Below, piece after piece: positions 1 through 64,000 of a DNA stretch of 64,000 nucleotides; position 1 is the stretch's first letter, and each line of letters opens with the position of its first letter. Source of the stretch: Narcine bancroftii (taxonomy: Eukaryota); NCBI RefSeq assembly GCF_036971445.1, contig NC_091470.1, positions 76,198,001 to 76,262,000 on the forward strand, given 5' to 3'. The notes below the pieces were generated by a model. It was given only the letters and a program-made list of their open reading frames with translations, was not told the DNA's origin and searched no databases. The translations under genes and the position numbers were made by a program.

Positions 1-619
1 CGCTGCTGTACCCCCCTCTTTGCCCGCCTGCGTTATGCTGCCATCTCTCCCCACCCCTGCCTGAGTCATGCCACCGTCTCTTTCTCCTCCCCGCCCCACT
101 GCTGCACCAGCTCCAGGGAAATGCCTCCCTTCTCGGTTTCCCTGTGTTGGCGTTGGTACAGAGGGATTATGAGTAGTGAGAATGACCATTGATCCCACAT
201 TGAGCTGGCACTGGGCCGACTGAAAACACCACGAAGCTGGACGGCGGTCAGTATACGACAATTCGGAGGCATTTATAAAGTAGCAGAACGACACAGAATA
301 TTCCAATGCGAGTTGAGCGAGGGTCATGCTCGATAAGTAGGGTACTTATAAAGTAATGATACCACTAATTAGCAATGCGGAATGTAACAGGAATTGAGTG
401 AGGGTTATGTCGATCATGTTTGGTGCCAAACTCCATCCTTGATGAGCAGATGTCATCTACTGACGAAAGCAGCTAGTTTTTGGAGGTTGCTGCTTTTCGA
501 AATCCCAAATAAAAGGGCAGGCACTTGACCAAATGGCTGCAGTGAGCCTTGAGATGAAGAAAGTGCAACTTAGATGCCAGTCTTCTCTCCTGAAGATCCA
601 TCTAATGTGGATACATGGC

Positions 620-830
620 ACTTACACACAGATTTATAAACAGCTTCTTCCCACAGGCAGAGATTTTTGAACAATCCTAGAAATTGGCAAATCATTTTTA
701 TGTGTCTAGTATTTATTTTGGATCGCTCTGTATATAAGTTGCTTGTGTGCCTGTGTGTACACTAGGGTCCGGAGGTGCGTTGTTTTCTCAGATTGTACAT
801 GTATAATCAGATGATAATAAACTTGAACTT
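620..830 (+). mobile_element. Rex/Babar-like 3' tail (similar tails at about 28660-28890 and 42250-42365)
   Basis: aacagcttcttcccacaggc (NSFFPQA) followed by a UTR ending ataaacttgaactt. Confidence 0.6.
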
Positions 831-880
831 AAGGGGGATACTGTTACAAGGCAAGTAAACCCAATTCTATTCATTCATAC

Positions 881-58102
<57,222 letters not shown>

Positions 58103-59279
58103 CTGTACGAAGCAGAAGAACACAGTTGGTCAATCACACAAAAACCTATAATGGGACAGTGGGGAAGAACACAACGTGGGAAAGATGGTGGGGAGTCCAA
58201 AAGAATTCTCAGATATCATTATATGCTTCCAAAGTGGCCAATATTTCATCTAAATAAGAAGCCATGCAATCTGTCAGTAAATTAGGCCACAAGTTGATTG
58301 ACAGTTTCCAGCTGTATTTTACACCATTCAGTTTTTAAATGATGTACTGCTCACAAAAGTTCACAGCCAAAACAGAGATCAGAATCTTATTTGTGAAGTT
58401 TTATACAAATCTTGTTTGTGAGTTTCAGTGTTTATTTGGGGTGCAATCATATAATCATACAGCACAGAAATACCCTTTCAGCCCATCTTGTCCACACCTA
58501 TTGTGGGGCTTACAGTATTGATACCAATCGCAATTGGTCACATCCTTCCATTTTTTGTCAAAATGCCTTTTAAATGTTTGAACTGCATCTGCTAATCCTT
58601 AGAAAAGGAATCACAGCAACCTCTCAGCACAATTATGACAAGTATAACAATAGATGACTATACATTATTAATTTTACTGTTGTGCAGTCACAATTTGACA
58701 TGTCCAATTGAAACATTTTAATGAGGCATTCAAGTTTTGAAAAAGATGTGCACTTCAAACTTATTAAACAGGTATCAGTTTTAATAACAAGGAAATACAA
58801 GTCCAAGCAATCATAGCCGGCCACAAAGTAAAATGTCCAGAGGCAGCTCGGTGAGCTGGCCTGGTTAGAACCAACATGGATTCCTTGGAATGCTAAACCT
58901 TTCCTTTCATTTTGGGTCCGTGGGGCCGGAAGGAACAAATTGATGTATAAAACTGACACTTCCTGCATTCTAACTTTGAAAAAGTCACTCAACTTTACCC
59001 AAGAAATCCACATTAGCCTCATGGACTGCCTGGGGCTGATCATTAACAGGGAAGAAGACAAAGTAAAAATACTTGTTATTCCTTCTGGCTTGTCTTGCCA
59101 GGCAGCCACTTGCTTATCAATTTGGTCTGCACTTAGGTTTCTGCAATTGAGCATAACCACTTAGTGAGCTAGTCAGTTAAGTTTATAGTCATCAGGAGGA
59201 ACTTGCAGTTGTTTAAAATCTAAACAAAATCTTTAGGATGGAGGGAACAGAATCACCAGCCAGAACTAACAAAGTTTAG

Positions 59280-60897
59280 AACATAACAGCATAAGAAATA
59301 GGAGCAGGAGTCAGCTACCTCACCCAACTAGCCTGCTCTGCCACTTAAGAAGATTATAACTGATCTGGCTTTACCTACCTGCTTTTTCCCCCATTACTGT
59401 CAATTTCCTTACAATGCAAAATCTATCTGTGTGTTCAGCATATTAATTGAGGAATCCTCTAATGCAGAAAATTCTTGATTAATACTCTCTGGGAAAAGCT
59501 GGTCCTCCTCATCTCCATCCTAAATCTTCACCACCAAATCGAAGCTATATCCTCCGGTTCTAATCTCAGGTAGTGGAAACAACATCCTCTGTCTCAATCT
59601 TAATTATTTTTTCATAATTTTATGTTTTTATAAAATGACATCTCATTTTTCTGAATTCCAGCAAGTACGGTCTCAGGCAACTCCATCTCTCATGTTCTAA
59701 ACCCCTCAACTCTGGAATCCATCTGATGAACCACGTCTGTACCACGTCCAAAGCCAGTAGACTCTTTCTCAAATGAGGAGACCAGAACTGCACACACAAT
59801 TCCAGGAGTATCTGTTCCTGTACAATTGCAGCAGAACCCCTCTGCTCTTAAATTCAATACATTTAGCACAGACGGCCAACATTCCATTTGCCTTCATTAA
59901 TTGTTGCATCGACAAAGTAACTTCATGCACCAGCACTTCACGTCCTTTCACACAACAGAATGCTGCAATCGTTCACCATTTAAATAATAATCTGATCGAT
60001 TTTTTTTCTTCAAAAGTAGATGATCTCACATTTACCAACATTGTATTCATCTGCCAACAGCCCACTTGCTTAACCTTTTTAAATCTCTGAAGACTCTGAA
60101 CATCTTCTGAATAAGTCACTGTTCTGCTCGTCAGCAACCTTTGATACACTGCACTCAGTACCCTCTTCCAAATCATTTGTGTACACTGTAAGCAGTTGTG
60201 TACCTAGCATTGAACTCTGGAGCATTCCACTCACCATGGGGTGCCAACCAGAAAAGCACCCATTTATCCCAACTCTCTGTCTTCTATTTGTCAACCAATG
60301 CTCTGTCCATGGTAATAAATTACCCCCAACTCTGTGCATTAACATCTTATGGAAAGGTCTTTTATATGGCACCCTATCAAACACATTCTCGAAATCCAAG
60401 TTTATAACATCCACTTGTTGGCTTCCATCCACACCGTTCACTCTATCATCAGTGAAGTCTGTTAAACACAACCTTCCCTTCCTGAATACATCTGTCTGAT
60501 GGATTGATTTCTATCCAGAGATCTCTCCATTTCTTTCTCAAGGATAGCTTCAAGCATTTTGCAGTGACAGACTTCAGCTAAATAACTTACAAGTTACCCG
60601 TCTTCTGCCAACATCCTTTTTTGTCTAGTCTTGACATTTGTTGTCTTCCAATCTACTGTAAATTTTGATTAATTACCACAAACACCTCTACTATATCTTC
60701 TACATTTCTTTCAGTACACTGATGGAAGTATTTATCAGGACCCAGGGACTTGTCTACCTTTAGACCCAATAGTTTTCTTAGAATTAGTTAGCTCTTCAGT
60801 GATGGCAATTGTATTGAGGTCCTCAACATCTCTCTTTGGCATGTTAGACTAGTCTTCTACTGTGAAGACTGATAACTTAGTCGTACAAGGACTTGGC
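59280..60897 (-). mobile_element. Degenerate CR1 LINE (continues after the RTE insertion at about 62568)
   Basis: ORF 60079..60471 VDVINLDFENVFDRVPY...WLTNRRQRVGING; CR1-type 3' end near 59280. Confidence 0.85.
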
Positions 60898-60909
60898 CAT
60901 TTCCACATT

Positions 60910-62555
60910 CTTCTTTCTTTGGCTTGGCTTCGCGGACGAAGATTTATGGAGGGGGTAAAAAGTCCACGTCAGCTGCAGGCTCACTTGTGGCTGACAAGTC
61001 CGATGCGGGACAGGCAGACACGGTTGCAGCGGTTGCAGGGGAAAATTGGTTGGTTGGGGTTGGGTGTTGGGTTTTTCCTCCTTTGCCTTTTGTCAGTGAG
61101 GTGGGCTCTGCAGTCTTCTTCAAAGGAGGTTGCTGCCCGCCAAACTGTGAGGTGCCAAGATACACGGTTTGAGGCGTTATCAGCCCACTGGCGGTGGTCA
61201 ATGTGGCAGGCACCAAGAGATTTCTTTAGGCAGTCCTTGTACCTTTTCTTTGGTGCACCTCTGTCACGGTGGCCAGTGGAGAGCTCGCCATATAACACGA
61301 TCTTGGGAAGGCGATGGTCCTCCATTCTGGAGACGTGACCCATCCAGCGCAGCTGGATCTTCAGCAGCGTGGACTCGATGCTGTCGACCTCTGCTATCTC
61401 GAGTACTTCGACGTTAGGGATGAAAGCGCTCCAATGGATGTTGAGGATGGAGCGGAGACAACGCTGGTGGAAGCGTTCTAGGAGCCGTAGGTGGTACCGG
61501 TAGAGGACCCATGATTCGGAGCCGAACAGGAGTGTGGGTATGACAACGGCTCTGTATACGCTTATCTTTGTGAGGTTTTTCAGTTGGTTGTTTTTCCAGA
61601 CTCTTTTGTGTAGTCTTCCAAAGGCGCTATTTGCCTTGGCGAGTCTGTTGTCTATCTCATTGTCGATCCTTGCATCTGATGAAATGGTGCAGCCGAGATA
61701 GGTAAACTGGTTGACCGTTTTGAGTTTTGTGTGCCCGATGGAGATGTGGGGGGGCTGGTAGTCATGGTGGGGAGCTGGCTGATGGAGGACCTCAGTTTTC
61801 TTCAGGCTGACTTCCAGGCCAAACATTTTGGCAGTTTCCGCAAAGCAGGACGTCAAGCGCTGAAGAGCTGGCTCTGAATGGGCAACTAAAGCGGCATCGT
61901 CTGCACAAGTTTCTCTTGTGTCTTGGTGTGAGCTTGCAGGCGCCTCAGATTGAAGAGACTGCCATCCGTGCGGTACCGGATGTAAACAGCGTCTTCATTG
62001 TTGGGGTCTTTCATGGCTTGGTTCAGCATCATGCTGAAGAAGATTGAAAAGAGGGTTGGTGCGAGAACACAGCCTTGCTTCACGCCATTGTTAATGGAGA
62101 AGGGTTCAGAGAGCTCATTGCTGTAACTGACCCGACCTTGTTGGTTTTCGTGCAGTTGGATAATCATGTTGAGGAACTTTGGGGGACATCCGATGCGCTC
62201 TAGTATTTGCCAAAGCCCTTTCCTGCTCACGGTGTCGAAGGCTTTGGTGAGGTCAACAAAGGTGATGTAGAGTCCTTTGTTTTGTTCTCTGCACTTTTCT
62301 TGGAGCTGTCTGAGGGCAAAGACCATGTCAGTAGTTCCTCTGTTTGCGCGAAAGCCGCACTGTGATTCTGGGAGAATATTCTCGGCGACACTAGGTATTA
62401 TTCTATTTAATAGAATCCTAGCGAAGATTTTGCCTGCAATGGAGAGCAACGTGATTCCCCTGTAGTTTGAGCAGTCTGATTTCTTGCCTTTGTTTTTGTA
62501 CAGGGTGATGATGGTGGCATCACGAAGATCCTGAGGCAGTTTTCCTTGGTCCCAA
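60910..62555 (-). mobile_element. 5'-truncated RTE-clade LINE, same family as 55132-56785, inserted into a CR1
   Basis: ORFs 61886..62566 and 60981..61856; a 16-nt deletion just before ADD; 12-bp TSD catttccacatt at 60898-60909 and 62556-62567. Confidence 0.93.
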
Positions 62556-63664
62556 CATTTCCACATTACCCACCCACTTTTAATTCCCCCTTCTCATCTT
62601 TCAAGGGACCTACATTTTAGCCAAGATTTTTGACATTAATTTGAATTTATTAATTTTTAATTTAATTTCAAGATAAAAGATGGTAAAATGTTCTTCTGGA
62701 CCACAAGCCCAACCCCCCCCTCCAATAGATTTTAGTAGACTAAAGGGGTATTTAGCAGTTTCTGGTGACAAATGAAAACACAGTCAGGCCATTTGGTGGT
62801 GTTTGATGCCTGGTGTATGATGCTTGGGTTCATTTGAAAACAGGCATATAGAATATAACATGACAAAAGCCAGAATGTTCTCCTCAGAAGATCAGTAGTA
62901 TTTTGGAAATAATTAAGTCAAAGTCTTTTAGTACAAGAGGAGGTCCTTAAGTCAATTTATCACTGCAAAAACTGAAAGGCCCATTATTCATCCCGTTTTA
63001 ACTTGTTCGATATTTATTCATGACCCTCATAACGGCTGCTGTCAATTCTACTTCTCTCACTCTTTCAAGCACGGAACTTCTTCAGTATGAAAACAATTTC
63101 TAACCTTTTGCATTGCCTTTCTATTTTAAATCCCAATGTAGTTACTGACCTGGTAACTAAAGAAAATAGTTCTATCCCATTTCTCTTCTCAAAAAAAAAA
63201 GCCTGCATAAAATCAGCCTGGCTGAAGATGACAGGATCATTCAAACTTCAAAATAGGCAATTGCACAACTAGGCAGATTTTATGAACATAAATTATTTAC
63301 AATCATCCTCCACACATTGCACTTTTCTGTAATCTGTGGGAAATCTGTTTCCTCAACAATTTTCTGACAACCTGCTGGGAAAATTGTTTCCAGAATAATA
63401 AACTACTCACTCTGAGTCATATGAGTTGCTGCAGATTTGATAATGAAAACTGACCACAAAAATAAACACAATTAAAACAATGAATTCCCTGGATTCCAGT
63501 GAACCAAGCCAGTGGTCAATTTCTCCCAGTGAAAACCCAACTTTTTTGGCTTCCTCTCAGCAAAGATTTTTGGCGCCTTTTTCGTGGCATTGATCTATTT
63601 CATAAAAACAGAACGTTCAAAGCTGCTTACAATATCCTCATGTCACAACCAACAATTTTGATGT

Positions 63665-63905
63665 TTAATTTAATTTATTAATTTAATTTAGATATACAGC
63701 ACAGTAACAGGTCCTACCAGCCCATGAGCTCATGCCACACAAATTAAAATCCTGCATGATTTTGGAGGGTGGGAGAAAACCAGAGCACTCAGTGAAAACC
63801 CACCCAGATACAGGTAAAACATAAAAATGTATTACCGTCAGCACCGGATTTGAACTTGAGTTGATGGCATTGTAATACCATTACATTAACAGCTATGCTC
63901 ACCTT
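63665..63905 (-). mobile_element. V-domain SINE copy, degenerate
   Basis: tagatatacagcacagtaacagg...gggagaaaaccagagcac. Confidence 0.7.
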
Positions 63906-64000
63906 GCCATTCTGTTTTAAAATGTTGCACCATCTATGGAAACTGGAATCTCAAAGGCTAGTTTCATAAACAACCTTAAAAATTTCCCGTTCTACATTTG

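Noticed and set aside
1-880. Final PACS2 coding exon (V.IDGVEW.DVKFFQLAAQW)
   Set aside because: Not found on the minus strand in 1-880; it must lie left of the window.
58633-59160. 175-aa minus-strand ORF as a PACS2 exon or nested gene
   Set aside because: No PACS2 similarity. The best AG/GT pair gives 142 nt with a stop in the required phase, and the composition looks non-coding.

Overview
This is AT-rich vertebrate genomic DNA, most likely from a cartilaginous fish (ray or shark). That assignment is inferred from the repeat content: V-domain tRNA SINEs, Deu-domain SINEs, CR1, Rex/Babar, RTE and Penelope-like termini. The whole window lies inside one minus-strand gene, PACS2 (phosphofurin acidic cluster sorting protein 2). 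I resolved 14 coding exons between 58102 and 881, all with GT-AG boundaries and continuous phase, including a 33-nt alternative microexon. The 5' exons and the last coding exon fall outside the window. The introns are repeat-rich: a full-length degenerate Gypsy LTR element (44913-49506), an inverted pair of RTE LINEs flanking one exon, nested CR1s, Rex/Babar pieces, a Tc1 relic, MITEs, a 5S-derived fragment and two tandem repeats. The most interesting signals are: (1) the Gypsy element has no tRNA primer-binding site, but instead a 15-nt segment perfectly complementary to its own LTR, covering the AATAAA, and its RT has a YLDN motif; (2) a strong in-frame 51-nt candidate cassette exon in PACS2; (3) a phase-consistent chain of further candidate small exons in the intron around the microexon; (4) inverted RTE copies able to loop out a 75-nt exon; (5) Penelope-type minimal hammerhead relics. 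Most ORFs in the supplied track are spurious or transposon remnants. All family assignments are by eye and from recall; no searches were run.
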